From: Eledone cirrhosa | Lineage: Eukaryota | Assembly: GCA_964016885.1 (NCBI GenBank) | Contig: OZ024752.1 | Location: forward strand, 36,828,001-36,892,000 | Length of the DNA: 64,000 nt | Direction of reading: 5' to 3' | Shown: piece after piece, positions 39,622 through 54,764 of the stretch | How positions within the stretch are numbered: the first letter of the stretch is position 1 | Layout: the number at the start of each line of letters is the position of its first letter | The notes under the pieces: generated by a model | What the model was told of the DNA's origin: nothing | What the model saw: only the letters and a program-made list of their open reading frames with translations | The model's database searches: none | Program-made: the position numbers and the translations under genes

Positions 39622-41033
39622 TGATGTCTTTACTGAAGATGTATTTAGTATGGTGATGTCTTTACTGAAGATGTATTTAGTATGGTGATGGCTTTACTGA
39701 AGATGTATTTAGTATGGTGATGGCTTTACTGAAGATGTATTTAGTATGGTGATGGCTTTACTGAAGATGTATTTAGTATGGTGATGGCTTTACTGAAGAT
39801 GTATTTAGTATGGTGATGGCTTTACTGAAGATGTATTTAGTATGGTGATGGCTTACCGAAGATATATTTAGTATGGTGATGTCTTTACTGAAGATGTATT
39901 AAGTATGGTGATGGCTTTACTGAAGATGTATTTAGTATGGTGATGGCTTACCGAAGATGTATTTAGTATGGTGATGGCTTTACTGAAGATGTATTTAGTA
40001 TGGTGATGTCTTTACTGAAGATGTATTTAGTATGGTGATGGCTTTACTGAAGATGTATTTAGTATGGTGATGTCTTTACTGAAGATGTATTTAGTGTGGT
40101 GATGTCTTTACTGAAGATGTATTTAGTATGGTGATGGCTTTACTGAAGATGTATTTAGTATGGTGATGGCTTTACTGAAGATCTATTTAGTATGGTGATG
40201 GCTTTACTGAAGATGTATTTAGTGTGGTGATGGCTTTACTGAAGATGTATTTAGTATGGTGATGGCTTTACTGAAGATCTATTTAGTATGGTGATGGCTT
40301 TACTGAAGATGTATTTAGTGTGGTGATGTCTTACCGAAGATATATTTAGTATGGTGATGTCTTTACTGAAGATGTATTTAGTATGGTGATGGCTTTACTG
40401 AAGATGTATTTAGTGTGGTGATGGCTTTACTGAAGATGTATTTAGTATGGTGATGGCTTTACTGAAGATGTATTTAGTATGGTGATGGCTTTACCGAAGA
40501 TATATTTAGTATGGTGATGGCTTTACCGAAGATATATTTAGTATGGTGATGGCTTACCGAAGATGTATTTAGTATGGTGATGGCTTTACTGAAGATGTAT
40601 TTAGTATGGTGATGGCTTTACTGAAGATGTATTTAGTATGGTGATGGCTTACTGAAGATGTATTTAGTATGCTGATGGCTTACCGAAGATGTATTTAGTA
40701 TGGTGATGGCTTTACTGAAGATGTATTTAGTATGGTGATGGCTTTACTGAAGATGTATTTAGTATGGTGATGGCTTACTGAAGATGTATTTAGTATGGTG
40801 ATGGCTTTACCGAAGATATATTTAGTATGGTGATGGCTTACCGAAGATGTATTTAGTATGGTGATGTCTTTACTGAAGATGTATTTAGTATGGTGATGGC
40901 TTACCGAAGATGTATTTAGTATGGTGATGTCTTTACTGAAGATGTATTTAGTATGGTGATGTCTTTACTGAAGATGTATTTAGTATGGTGATGTCTTTAC
41001 TAGAGATATATTTAGCATGGCGATGGCTTTACC
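39622..41033. repeat. 32-bp minisatellite, ~44 copies
   Basis: Unit TGGTGATGGCTTTACTGAAGATGTATTTAGTA. Confidence 0.96.
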
Positions 41034-41530
41034 GTATTGACAAACGGCGTTTCTTGGGCATTTTAAGCCTGGCGGAGCCCTATCCCTCTCCAGGCCCACT
41101 TATATTAAGGAAGAGGCTATGTAGCCGCTAAGAGTGTCAGACACCATGAGTTGCGGCCCGAGTTAAGAAAATTTGAAATATTTTCCACCATCACTTGTTA
41201 AAAAACAAGTGAAAATCATTTAGTCATTTATTCGTATGTACGTTACACTTTAGTTACATACACACACAACTACACGTATATACATAAACAGAGACAGACA
41301 ATAGAGAAGGAAGGGGCTGGTGAAACACTATAGCGACGTGTGTTGCGTCCCTTTAGGGTATACCGGCTACTTAGCCTATTCGTTATATTAACACGTCCTC
41401 TTTACTGGAATGTTTATGTGTGACATTAATGTTTACAGCAACCAACAGAAATCGTCTGCTGTTGCAGTGTTTGCAGTAAGGGACGAAGTTTACAATAATC
41501 TTATTATCGAAAATATCAACATTAATTTCT

Positions 41531-41695
41531 CGGTAGAGGGTTGGACGCCATGCTTTCTAGCATAGTTACGTCCCTTTACGATCTGAGTTCAAATCCCGCC
41601 GAGGTTAACTTTGCCTTTCATCCTTGCGGGGTCGATAAAATAAAGTACCAGTAATGCACTGGGTAATTGCTGGCCTTGTGCCTAGCGTAGAAACA
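41531..41695 (+). mobile_element. SINE flanked by a 106-bp direct repeat
   Basis: 41425-41530 matches 41696-41801 (one mismatch seen). Confidence 0.88.
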
Positions 41696-41961
41696 ATTAA
41701 TGTTTACAACAACCAACAGAAATCGTCTGCTGTTGCAGTGTTTGCAGTAAGGGACGAAGTTTACAATAATCTTATTATCGAAAATATCAACATTAATTTC
41801 TATTTCTCTTAACGTAATTATTGAAGGCGTATGTTTGTAATTTAATCAGTGATTCTTTGCCGTCTGCTTTATTATGGATGTCATTGCAGTTTCATATCAG
41901 TACTTTAGCCTTTTACAGATACAGACTGCGCCTCACTTTCTAATTATATTATATTATATTA

Positions 41962-42147
41962 TGGATTGGCAGTATCGGTAGAGGGTCGGACGTCATGCTT
42001 TGATGCATAGAGTTACGGCCCTTTAAGGTCTGAGTTCAAATCACACCGAGGTTAACTTTTGCCTTTCATCCTTACGGGGTCGATAAAATAAAGTACCAGT
42101 AATACACTGTGATAATTTCTGGCCTTGTGCCAAAATAGAAACAATTA
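41962..42147 (+). mobile_element. tRNA-derived SINE (degenerate head follows at ~42175-42280)
   Basis: A/B boxes and core. Confidence 0.85.
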
Positions 42148-42391
42148 TCTCTTCTACACTTCTAGTTTTCAATGATAGGCAACGAATTGATGGAGTCGTA
42201 AGAACGTCGGATAGAATACTTTGTGGTATTCGTTCTGGATCTCTGTTCTTTGAGTTTAAATCTCGCTTCGACTTAGTTTCCGCAAGTTTCTTTTGACAAG
42301 AGGATTTTTTCTCCCGAAATATTCAAGACAGATTAAATATATCGTAAGTAACATTCTAACAACTTTGTTATCGTCATATATATATATATAT

Positions 42392-42753
42392 ACGATATTA
42401 AATAAATGGAAACTATATTTATAAAACCATATTTATTTCATTATATATATTTCAGGGATATCATATTAAAAATATGGTATGCCTTCTTCAGACAAAATAC
42501 AATATAAACAGTCTTATAAATAGATAGATTTGACATACCTTTCAACTTCCATTTAAAAAGTTGATTTGGTAGTGAAAAATGTTAGGGACAGTTATAAAAA
42601 GAAAGAAAGAAAAAAAGCGAAGAAAAAGAAGAAATGCATGCAACTAAATAGAGAGAGATAGATATAGAGAGATAGATAGAGAGAAGAAATTCATGTAAAG
42701 AAACAGAGAGAAATATATAGAGAGAGGAAAAAAACACAGAGGGAGATAGATAG

Positions 42754-42787
<34 letters not shown>

Positions 42788-45305
42788 AAAAATAGAGATA
42801 GAGAGAAAGAAAATAGGTAGTTGGGCACCAGTTGAATGACGTATCAATGATATATTTATTTATTTATTTATTTATTTAGTTCTAGTATTAAGGTAGAGAG
42901 AGATATATGTGGTTAGGAGAGAAAACAGCCGTTACATAGAGAGAAAAGAAAATATCCAGACATAAACGAGGCAGATTTAAAACATTATGTTTCATCAATG
43001 TAAAAATATCAATTCGTATGAATTAGGTATTATAATGTAAATATCAGTATTCATGAATGAGACACGTATCAATAATGTGTGAAAAATAATGATCATATGT
43101 CTAGTTTAAAATTCATAGAATAGTCAATTTCCATAGAATAGTCAATTTCCTAGATGTAACATTAAATCTCAACACATGTCTTCACTATCCATTTCACAAG
43201 TTGAATGAAAACTTAAACTATGTCAGTTTTAACTCTAACCACCCCAGATCTGTTAAAAATACTATAGTAAACTCTGTTCAAAAACGTATCTCTAGAATCT
43301 CATCTAATAAAAAGATTTTCGACGAAAAAGCGCAGTATTACAATGAAGCGTTAGCTAGAGCAGGATATAGTGATGAAATTATGTACATAGATAATAATAG
43401 ACAAACTAACCAAAATAACAACAATTTTAATTACGGCAACAACTTTAACAACTATAATAGAAAGCATTACAATAATTCCAAAAGCCAAAAAAGAAATAGA
43501 ACTAGGAATATAATATGGTTTGCCCCCCCCCCCCCCCCTTCTCACTAAACATTAAAACCCACATCGCTAAACTATTTTTTAATGCTCTAGATAATCGCTT
43601 CCCTAGAACACATAGGTATCACTCAATTTTCAATAGACATACTATAAAATTAACTTACTCATCCACCAAAAATTTAGCACAAAATATTAATAGAATAAAT
43701 AATAGGAATTTAAAACCTAGCCAAAATACCGATAATAGCATAAATAATATCCAAGTAAACAAATGTAACTGTAGAGATAGATCTAAATGTCCGTTAAATA
43801 ACAATTGCTTAGTTAAAAATATACAACTGTAATGTTAAAACGGACTTAAATTCTTTTAACTATGTTGGTTCCACCGCGACAGAATTTAAACTTCGCTATA
43901 ATAACCACAAGAATTCTTTCACAGATCCAAGCAAAAAATCTTCAACATCACTATCAGGTTTACTCTGGCAACTTAAGCATGATAACGTTGGATATTCGAC
44001 GGCTTGGAATATAGTCTCAAGAGGGATTCCTTTTAATTCATCCTCTGAGACATGTGACCTCTGCGCGGAGGAGATATTCTTTATACTAAAATCTAAAAAT
44101 TCCCTTAATTTACGGACAAATTTATTCAGTTGCTGCAGCCATAGATTGAACTCAACTTTTAAATATAAATATAAATTTAAAATGTAGTATATTTACTTTG
44201 ATTTATAATTATTTATGAAACTCGCCGATAAATCTTTCGATTTCTTTTTTTATTTTAAACATTCTTCATGAATAATTAAACTACCCTAAAAGCTGATGCT
44301 CCAAATATATCGAATAAATTTTACACTAGATAAACTTCTATATTAAATATAAGACCATCTGTAGATCAAATGGGTATCCTAAACTTTTGGAATGATTTCT
44401 GCTAGACAGGATTTGGTAAATAATTTTGGTTTTGTTTGCTTTTGATTCTGATGCTTATAACGAACTTGGCAATATATTGTCAATTAACTTTGAAGGGTTG
44501 ATCTCTGTGGTTGATTTGCGGGGCATACTGTGTTTTATTTTTAATATTTTTAATTTTTTGATATTTTTATTGATATATTGATATCTGTTCTTTATTTATG
44601 CTTGAACGATAATCATGTAGAGTAAAGACAAGAATAGTATTGTTAAAATTAATGTAGACTCTATATATATTTGTGTGTATGTACACATATATGTATACTA
44701 GAATTTTTATAGCACAATGAGAATGTTTTCATGTGAAATAGGAATTTGCAGAGTTGATCACGTAAATTCACATGGAAGTCTATAGTATCGAATCTGGGAT
44801 AACCTTCTATTTTCTTTTTCTTTTTCTTTTTCTTTTTCTTTTTCTTTTTCTTTTTTCATGAAAGTGCATATATACTTATGTATTTCAATTTTTTTTGAAG
44901 TTTTTTATCTCAGTTTTTTTATCTCAGTTTTTTTATCTCAGTTTTTTATCTCAGTTTTTTATCTCAGTTTTATCTCAACTCTGAATTTTAAACTAGACAT
45001 ATGATCATTATTTTTCACACATTATTGATACGTGTCTCATTCATGAATACTGATATTTACATTATAATACCTAATTCATACGAATTGATATTTTTACATT
45101 GATGAAACATAATGTTTTAAATCTGCCTCGTTTATGTCTGGATATTTTCTTTTCTCTCTATGTAACGGCTGTTTTCTCTCCTAACCACATATATCTCTCT
45201 CTACCTTAATACTAGAACTAAATAAATAAATAAATAAATATATCATTGATACGTCATTCAACTGGTGCCCAACTACCTATTTTCTTTCTCTCTATCTCTA
45301 TTTTT

Positions 45306-45351
<46 letters not shown>

Positions 45352-45792
45352 CCCTCTGTGTTTTTTTCCTCTCTCTATATATTTCTCTCTGTTTCTTTAC
45401 ATGAATTTCTTCTCTCTATCTATCTCTCTATATCTATCTCTCTCTATTTAGTTGCATGCATTTCTTCTTTTTCTTCGCTTTTTTCTTTCTTTCTTTTTAT
45501 AACTGTCCCTAACATTTTTCACTACCAAATCAACTTTTTAAATGGAAGTTGAAGTTGAAAGGTATGTCAAATCTATCTATTTATAAGACTGTTTATATTG
45601 TATTTTGTCTGAAGAAGGCATACCATATTTTTAATATGATATCCCTGAAATATATATAATGAAATAAATATGGTTTTATAAATATAGTTTCCATTTATTT
45701 AATATCGTAAATATACTCCAAATACTTGTTGAGTGCTTTTATATCAGTTATAAATATTTACTCGTTGTAACCCAACAATTTAAATAAAACTT

Positions 45793-45795
<3 letters not shown>
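42392..45795 (+). mobile_element. 5'-truncated copy of PLE family A with inverted pLTR (42392-43111) and tailed direct pLTR
   Basis: 43114-44985 nearly identical to 5532-7393; frameshifts at the poly-C near 43530 and a small deletion near 43820; hammerheads at 42434-42499 (-) and 45601-45666 (+). Confidence 0.92.
45601..45666 (+). ncRNA. Hammerhead, family A
   Basis: Same sequence as 8052-8117. Confidence 0.8.
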
Positions 45796-45860
<65 letters not shown>

Positions 45861-45901
45861 GGAAAACGAAAAATCAGTGATGCATCGGAACTCAATTTAT
45901 T

Positions 45902-45994
45902 ACGTATTACAATTGTTTCCCCGGTGAACAGCTCGAGGTACGATCTGTGTGTGGATCGAACCTGACTCTGGATTCGCAGGTTCCTCAGACACGT
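45902..45994 (-). ncRNA. Type-I hammerhead with long stem II, family E
   Basis: Minus: ACGUGU CUGAGGA [62 nt incl. AGGU/ACCU, CGAUC/GAUCG] GAAA CAAUUG UA AUACGU; in a ~180-bp island between (TA)n tracts. Confidence 0.72.
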
Positions 45995-46037
45995 CTATTG
46001 ATTTCGGAGCGGATCCTCTTTCATCCTAGCTACCATA

Positions 46038-46096
<59 letters not shown>

Positions 46097-46101
<5 letters not shown>

Positions 46102-48756
46102 TTCAAGAGTAACCAATCTTAAAGAGAGAGATTGAGATAGTAGAGGAGATATGAGAGGAAAGATTGGTGAGTTAGTTAGAAGCCAAAGCGTAAAGGCATG
46201 TGTTCAATGTGCAATATGCAGTAGAAAGCAGCTAGGTGGCTGGGTTCATGCAGAGGTTAGGTGCGCAGAGCTAGAAATATTCATTAGTTAAGCAAAACAA
46301 GACCACAAATTTCACAAGGAAGACATTATTAAAAGATTGTCAACATATTTAGTTTGATGTAAGGAATGTAGAAAATAATAATAATAATAATATTAATAAT
46401 AATAATGCCCGTTTACAATTGTTTCGCTACTCCGTATAATATTTCTGGATCAGATGACTATGTATCTTAATTGATCTGGTTCAGTTGAAAATAATTAACA
46501 TATTTAAAAAAACAGAGTGGCTCATCGGAACTCAAAGGAATATAAATTAAAATAACGTTACATAATATAATGTTCCATATATTAGTTTTACTATGGTACC
46601 TTTGTTTCATCAGCTGTCAGCCATAATCAAGCACTACTCATCTGTCGAGGCTGCATTGTGTGAGATCTGCCTATGGGTAACAAGATGGCTGCCAAAGGGC
46701 ATATTTATTTGCAGTCCACAATTGCACTAATCAGGGAATCGATTTGCTTAAGAAACAATTTCATAGATTCTTCAAAAATGACGGTCTCTCTATCACCATC
46801 GAGCTGAACCATAAAGTAGTAAACTTCCTAGACGTCACCCTTGATCTCAACAATAACCTTTATAACCCTTACCATAAACTAGGCGAAATACTCACATATA
46901 TTAGCCCACACTCTAACCACCCACCAGCAGTCATCAGAGCAGTAATCAAATCTATCTCTTATAGGATCTCAATGCTATCAGCAAATGAAAATATATTTAT
47001 AAACCAAGAAAATAATATAATAAGGCTCTCTCTGAATCTGGTTATAAACAATCAATTTATTACATACCAAAATGCCATAACACAGCAACTCACCATAATA
47101 AACTTAACACTAGAACTAGAAATACCTTAGCATATAGCCTGATTCGCCGGAATTTTAGCAGTAACAGCACCTATACAGGGAACTTTAATGGTGGCAGCGG
47201 CCTGCTCCCCACTCCTAGTAGCAAACTAAGAATCTACCCTAGAATAGGAATGAGAAATGGGATGACAAATAACAAACCCCCAGGTAATAATAACCCTAGG
47301 AAGGCCCCTACCAACTCCACTAGAACCCCTAGAATGAATAGGCCTAGAAATATCACCTGGCTTAACCCACCATTCTCATCTAATCTAGCCACTAATATCC
47401 CCAATCGCTTCTTCTCTATCCTATCCAAACACTTTCCCCTAACCATAGATATTACAAACTCTTTAATAAAAACAACATTAAAATCTCATTCTCCACTACA
47501 CCTAACCTAGCTAGCCACATCGCGTTCAGTAACCATCATAAGCTAAAACACTATAACTCCCACACCGCGGTACCACCACCCCTATCAAATACACCACGCC
47601 ACTACACCAATAATTACTCTAGTAGCACACCTCCCCCATCTAATCCTTCTAGCACGGACCAACTGCTTAGGTTAAATAACCCTACTCTCACTAACCGCAG
47701 AAGCAACTGCAACTGCAGGTACCCCAATGCATGCCCATTAAATGGACACTGCCTGACACCCAACATAGTCTATAGGTGCACAGTTGAGACTGCTTCGAAT
47801 ACCAGCTCTTACATCGGGTCTACCTCTAACCCTTTTAAGGTACGCTATAACGCGCACTCTTTTTCCTTCCGAGACCCTAGCAACAGATGTTCGACATCGC
47901 TAGCTAGGCTCATTAAAAACCTTAAATTAAACAAAGTTCAACACTCACTAAAATGGGATATCGTAGCTAGGGCACAACCGTTCAATGGACGAAGGAAATC
48001 TTGTGATCTCTGTGTTACGGAAGCATATTACATAACTCTATCAAGACCTCTACCAATTAACGATAGAACGGAGGTAACCATTAGCTGTCAACATCGAAGG
48101 GCTAATTCCTTCGCCAATAGAGTTTTTGACCCAACTTAGTCATGTAGCCCCATCTCTAATTGTAGCTAATAAGTTAAATTGCTATGAACAACTCGATAAT
48201 TATAAGTTACCTCCCCTACATTGTCTCTCAATTAAATAATTTAAATACTAGCACATAACTATAAAATACACACAATCTCTAATCTCTCGAGAAGTTACTT
48301 CCCCTGAAACCACCCTCTAATTAGTAAGGTAAATATGCCCTTTGGCAGCCATCTTGTTACCCATAGGCAGATCTCACACAATGCAGCCTCGACAGATGAG
48401 TACTGCTTGATTATGGCTTACAGCTGATGAAACAAAGGCACCATAGTAAAACTAATATATGGAACATTATATTATGTAACGTTATTTTAATTTATATTCC
48501 TTTGAGTTCCGATGAGCAACTCTGTTTTTTTAAATATGTTAATTATTTTCAACTGAACCAGATCAATTATGATATATAGTCATTTGATCCAGAAATATTA
48601 TACGGAGTAGTGAAACAATTGCAAACGGGCATTATTATTATTAATATTATTATTATTATTATTATTCTCTACATTCCTTACATCAAACTAAATATGTTGA
48701 CAATCTTTTAATAATGTCTTCCTTGTGAAATTTGTGGTCTTGTTTTGCTTAACTAA

Positions 48757-48762
<6 letters not shown>
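46097..48762 (+). mobile_element. 5'-truncated PLE, third family, with inverted pLTRs (46278-46707 and 48330-48762)
   Basis: Frameshifted RT end (VNFLDVTLDL, SNHPP, WLNPPFS) and GIY-YIG read manually (CNCRYPNACPLNGHC..IVY..YIGST..CDLC..CQH, stop 48137-48139); (TA)n flanks. Confidence 0.88.
46408..46536 (-). ncRNA. Hammerhead-like motif with CCGAUGA core and ~95-nt stem II, family F (second copy 48501-48629, +)
   Basis: GUU CCGAUGA GCCACUCUGU..ACGGAGUAGC GAAA CAAUUG UA AAC; short stem I. Confidence 0.5.
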
Positions 48763-48844
<82 letters not shown>

Positions 48845-48884
48845 CATACATACATACATACATACATACACGCACACACACACA

Positions 48885-49172
48885 CACACTATAGACAAAC
48901 TCGGACACACTAAGAGACACTCCTAATTTTTAAGGTTCATTTATTCCAAGCAAACGATGGCTATTCATTGGTGAGGTCTGCAAATATATATAGAAGTGGT
49001 TACACAACAGTTAGTTCACCATACCGAGAGCAATTGTTTCACCTTAGCGGATCCTCAGCTCGTAATGGACATTTTGCAGACCTCACCAATGAATAGCCAT
49101 TGTTTGCTTGGAATAAATGAACCGTAAAAGTTAGGAATGCCTCTGAGTGTGTCCGAGTTTGTCTATAGTGTG
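48885..49172. mobile_element. Fold-back element: ~100-bp inverted arms around a degenerate hammerhead (49025-49062, -)
   Basis: 48885-48984 vs 49073-49172; CGAG CUGAGGA UCC/GGU GAAA CAAUUG CU CUCG. Confidence 0.65.
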
Positions 49173-49179
49173 AGTGTGC

Positions 49180-49233
<54 letters not shown>

Positions 49234-49242
49234 GTATATATG

Positions 49243-49354
<112 letters not shown>

Positions 49355-49760
49355 ATTATAATAGCTAGAGATTACCCGATATATACATTTATACACCTTT
49401 CAGCAGGTATATATTCACTGAACAGTTACGCAACATTATACGTAAACAGCCAATCGAATTCCCATCCTACTCGTTGAAACGTGTACAAACGAATAGATTA
49501 ACATTCAGCTATTGTCTGTTCTACATATATCGTTACTCTGTACTTATGGAATTAAAGTGGTTAAATGATAACTATACCGCCCTCTGTAGGCAGGAAAAAT
49601 AAACACGGCAGATAACTCAATTTCAATAACTTGCTGCTGTGTGTAGTAAGTGTATAGTGTAGAGTAAGCGCCTAAAGATATAGAATTTTAAATAATTGGC
49701 GAAGCGCAATAATTAAGGAAAGATATTTTGGTGACTATTACATACATTCATACATACATT

Positions 49761-49838
<78 letters not shown>

Positions 49839-50537
49839 CATGCATGCATACACGTACATACATACATATACATACATACATATACATACATACATACATA
49901 CATATACATACATACATACACACATACATAGATACACATATATACATACACATACATACATATACATACATACATACACACATACACACATATACATACA
50001 TACACACATACACACATACATACATACATACATACATACATACACACATACAAATATACACACATACGTACATACATACATACATACATAAATACATGCA
50101 TGCATACATACATATATGCACACACACATACATACATACATACATACATACATACATACATACATACATACATGCATACATACATACATACACACATGCA
50201 CACATACAACTCAAAACATCCACATCCACACATACAATAACATCCATATCTACACATACATGCATACGTACATATCTACCTAGTTGATGTTGTGTAAATT
50301 CCAATGAGAGAGTCTTGTGTCTATGTTAGAAACCGACTCTCTCTCTATTGGTAAAACCTTGTGTAATTATAAAACCAGAAGAACATACATACATACATAC
50401 ACGCACACACATGCACACATACATACACATATACACACATACATACACACACATGCACACATACATACATATATACATACAAACATACATACATACATAC
50501 ATACATACATACATACATACATACATACAAAAAAAAA

Positions 50538-51397
50538 TTGACCAATTTACAGAAAAAGTTGTGCATGGATACTTGAGGCGTAAAACACAGACCATAGAGG
50601 GGATAAACCACTCAAAAAGCCTGGCATGGAGTTCCGACAAGTTTATGACATCACACCTTGAGGGATATCTCTATGCAATACAGGAACAAGAACTCCCTAC
50701 CAAATATCTGCTGCACAAAAGAGGAGGGCCAGCAGCTGACAATAAATGTAGGCTATGTAAAACAAAGATCGAGGATGTAAGCCACATTGTTGCCAGCTGC
50801 GAAAGAATGTCATCTCGCTACTACCTCCCCATGAGACACGATGGGATAGCTAGAACCATCTGGAACGCACTTCGGAAAACAAAATCAACAACAAACGAGG
50901 AAGAATATATTGAGACAGATAGCACTAAGGAATAGTGGTGGAACCTGAAAATAAAAACTGCCACCAAATTAAAGCACAACCGGCCTGATATTGTAGTTTG
51001 GGACCACACATTGAAAACGTGTTCTGTTGTGGAGATCAGCTGCCCACTTGATGTAAACGTTGTCAGAAAAATACAGGAGAAGGAGGACATCTACGGACCA
51101 TTGATGAGGAGTTTACAAATCCAGTATCCAAGATACACCTTTAGCTTCATACCCATCATTATTGGTGCTACGGGTTATATACCAACCCGCTTGGACCAAA
51201 GTATGACTGAACTTGGATTTGCGGACAAAAAGCGCAGCTCCCTAATTCATAGTCTACAAATGGCTGCGATAGCTGGCACCTTCAAAATTTGCAAAACATT
51301 CTTGCGATTCAAGGGATGACAATTTCTTTTCTTTTACAACCTTGCCACCAGGAAGGTGGCCGGTCAAAAAAATATACTCGAAATTAAGAGAAAGAGA
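50538..51397 (+). mobile_element. R4/Dong-like non-LTR retrotransposon 3' fragment (CCHC knuckle + REL endonuclease), TAG at 50933-50935
   Basis: AIQEQ, CRLC..H..C, RHD, NRPDIVVWD..VEISCP, PIIIGATG; 3' UTR stem GCCACC/GGTGGC. Confidence 0.85.
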
Positions 51398-51495
51398 ATA
51401 CATACATACATACACATACATACATACATACATACATACATACATACATACATACATACATACATACATACATACATACATACATACATACATAC

Positions 51496-51720
51496 ATGAG
51501 GATTGCAGTGTCTTCGCAGACGATTTTGGTGTATTTTATTGATTCTTCATTGCCATGCCATCCATGTCTCTGACTTCGTAGATGTCTTTGTTGACCAGCA
51601 CATGTAGATCTGCACATTTTACTACGACACAGGTGACAGAAGAGAGTTGTGCTTTCCACAGGACCAGTGGGGGGGGGGGGGGGGGTCACCCTGTGGGACA
51701 CAATCTTTATGTACCGCCAT
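51496..51720 (-). mobile_element. Probable RTE 3' tip (degenerate C2H2 finger plus 3' end)
   Basis: Minus FCHLC..MCRS..AG..RHLRS then ATCGTCTGCGAAGACACTGCAATCCTC and (ATGT)n. Confidence 0.4.
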
Positions 51721-52008
51721 GTTTTTTTTTTCTTTTAGTCCGGAACTAGTTCTACACACTTTGTTGCATATTACGCACGTTGTTTGGTCAGGTCTTTGTT
51801 GAGTGGTGTTGCAGTTCCGGCCGTTTCCACGGCTAGATCCGAACAGTTCGGACCGAGCTGTCGCAACGGCCGGAGCTCAGCCGTCGGGGGTCCTGACTCT
51901 TTTCCTATTAACCACTCTACTACCCTAAGTATTGAGTACTCTGGTGCGTTATAGTCCATCTAGTGTCTTACCACACCCTCTTTGTTACACACACACACAC
52001 GCACACAT

Positions 52009-52133
<125 letters not shown>

Positions 52134-52234
52134 ACGAAGGAAATGTGGTAAGGAACCAGGTGGACCATAACGCACCAAAGTACTCAATACTTGAGGTAGT
52201 AGAGTGGGTAATAGGAACCAGTAAGACCCCGACA

Positions 52235-52308
<74 letters not shown>

Positions 52309-52345
52309 TTCCCTTGGCCACAGCCAAAACTTCGATTTTACTATT

Positions 52346-52396
<51 letters not shown>

Positions 52397-52700
52397 GGAA
52401 ATTTAGTAAAATCGAATCTCTGGCGGTTTGCAAGCAAATTCGGCCTACTTAATAATTGGAAATTTAGTAAAATCGAATCTCTGGCGGTTTGCAAGCAAAT
52501 TCGGCCTACTTATATGAAATAATGAGTTAGCAAAGCACTCGACAAGGTAGGTCCTTAGAGTAATAACAAACGTTTAAATAGCTTGACAAATCGAACATTG
52601 CGGTAGGCAAAATTTAACACACAATAATATACCAAAGTAACGATAGAACTAACAATATATATCAAAATAAAGATCCGAAGGCATGGTATAAGTTTCCAAT

Positions 52701-52788
52701 CATTTTAATTACGACATATGTTTCAATAAGAGATAGACCGATCGTGTGGTCATGATCGATTATCACTGATCTCATCAGGTGAATAATG
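52701..52788 (-). ncRNA. Type-I hammerhead, family H, in a pLTR-like segment (52393-52815)
   Basis: Minus: CUGAUGA [47 nt, AUCGAUC/GAUCGGU] GAAA CAUAUG UC GU; imperfect stem I. Confidence 0.6.
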
Positions 52789-52831
52789 AAATGTTTTCAA
52801 ATCTTTGATATGATACATATATATATGTATA

Positions 52832-53443
<612 letters not shown>

Positions 53444-53623
53444 AAACTTACATGTATGTAAAACAATGAAGCACTATTTCAAACTGTCAACATATGAGTT
53501 AGACCGGCTGTCACGACATGTGCCTCTCGTTTTGTGCCTCTCCTTTGTTCTGTCCTACGCCATCTTGTTTTTGGCGTAGGACAGAACAAAGGAGAGGCAC
53601 AAAAACAAAGAAAAGAATCCCCA

Positions 53624-53666
53624 GTCACTGAAGAGGTCACAGAACGTGTGACGAAAGAACTTTGAC
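53624..53666 (+). ncRNA. Hammerhead, family C, preceded by a ~33-bp hairpin (53530-53605)
   Basis: GUCA CUGAAGA G GUCACA/UGUGAC GAAA GAAC UU UGAC. Confidence 0.65.
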
Positions 53667-54177
53667 AATATATGAACAATCGTCTGGTTGTGGAACCAAC
53701 CAACCAACCAACCGGAAATTTATAAATTCCTAAATTTATAAATTTAATTTATAATAAATTGAAGTGAAAGCAACTGGTGCGTGTGTTTCTTATTGGCAAC
53801 ATGACCCTCCCAAAGCATAACAATATCGGTTTCAAGACACGTATTCAGATAAAGAATCTTGCTAAACAAATTCAGAAACGATATATGATATATATATATA
53901 TATACTTGAAAGAAAAATTTAAGTCTGAATGTTAATTAAGTGCAAACACAAAACCAACCACGCGAATCTTTACTATCTCTAATCATTCTATAGATTTAGA
54001 AAAATAACCAATAATATATTCTATAAATATGTCAAAACAACAGATGGGAATCTAATTACTGACTGTCACCAAAAATTCTCACTGCTATCAAAAAACCACT
54101 CCCTCAACTATTCTTCTAACAACTTCACCCCTCCCTCCTAATATTCTCTATAAAAACCAAACAGGTCCTCAGTAATA

Positions 54178-54298
54178 TTATTCTGATGAAATGACAGTAG
54201 ATAATAACATTGAAATATTGAATGTCTGCATAACTAATACTTTGTAGATAGCAGCTGTTTTCAGGTTATGTAACTGTTATAGAAACACGTGTCAATAA
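54178..54298 (+). ncRNA. Type-I hammerhead with ~90-nt stem II, family I
   Basis: UUAUU CUGAUGA A AUGACAGU..ACUGUUAU A GAAA CACGUG UC AAUAA; (TA)n ~40 nt downstream. Confidence 0.75.
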
Positions 54299-54332
54299 AT
54301 TCCTTTCAACTAAACTGTATCCATTCAAATCT

Positions 54333-54394
<62 letters not shown>

Positions 54395-54764
54395 GTATAC
54401 ATATATTAAAATATTGATTAATACGTAAGATTATTAATCATATTGTCTGACAAATGTAAAGGTTAACGAAAGTGTCAAAGATAGTCACTGTTAGATAGTC
54501 ACTGTTAGAACCTAAAGTCAAGCTCTACTAATATCAAATTTAAGAATTTTCATTAGGAGCAGTAACACAATAATTCAATGGTAAGCAATTGTCAAGACAA
54601 ATATATCCTCATATCTATTTGTACAATTATATAGGCGTAATGGCAGAAACTGCTCGATGTAAATAAAACAAGTTTGTTTATGTATAAGTCGGAATTGGTG
54701 GAAGAAGGGTGATGTGGCACTGAGTTGAAGGCAAGAGTTTGACTTCAAAGATATTTTATTTATT

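Noticed and set aside
39622-41033. CTGAAGA in each 32-bp unit as hammerhead core
   Set aside because: No GAAA, stem II or stem I partner
48405-48450. Second hammerhead in the family F pLTR (TATGG..GAAA..CCATA)
   Set aside because: Core lacks CUGANGA with a valid stem II in both copies
49577-49590. CTCF-like motif (CCTACAGAGGGCGG, minus)
   Set aside because: Single two-mismatch hit, expected by chance in 64 kb
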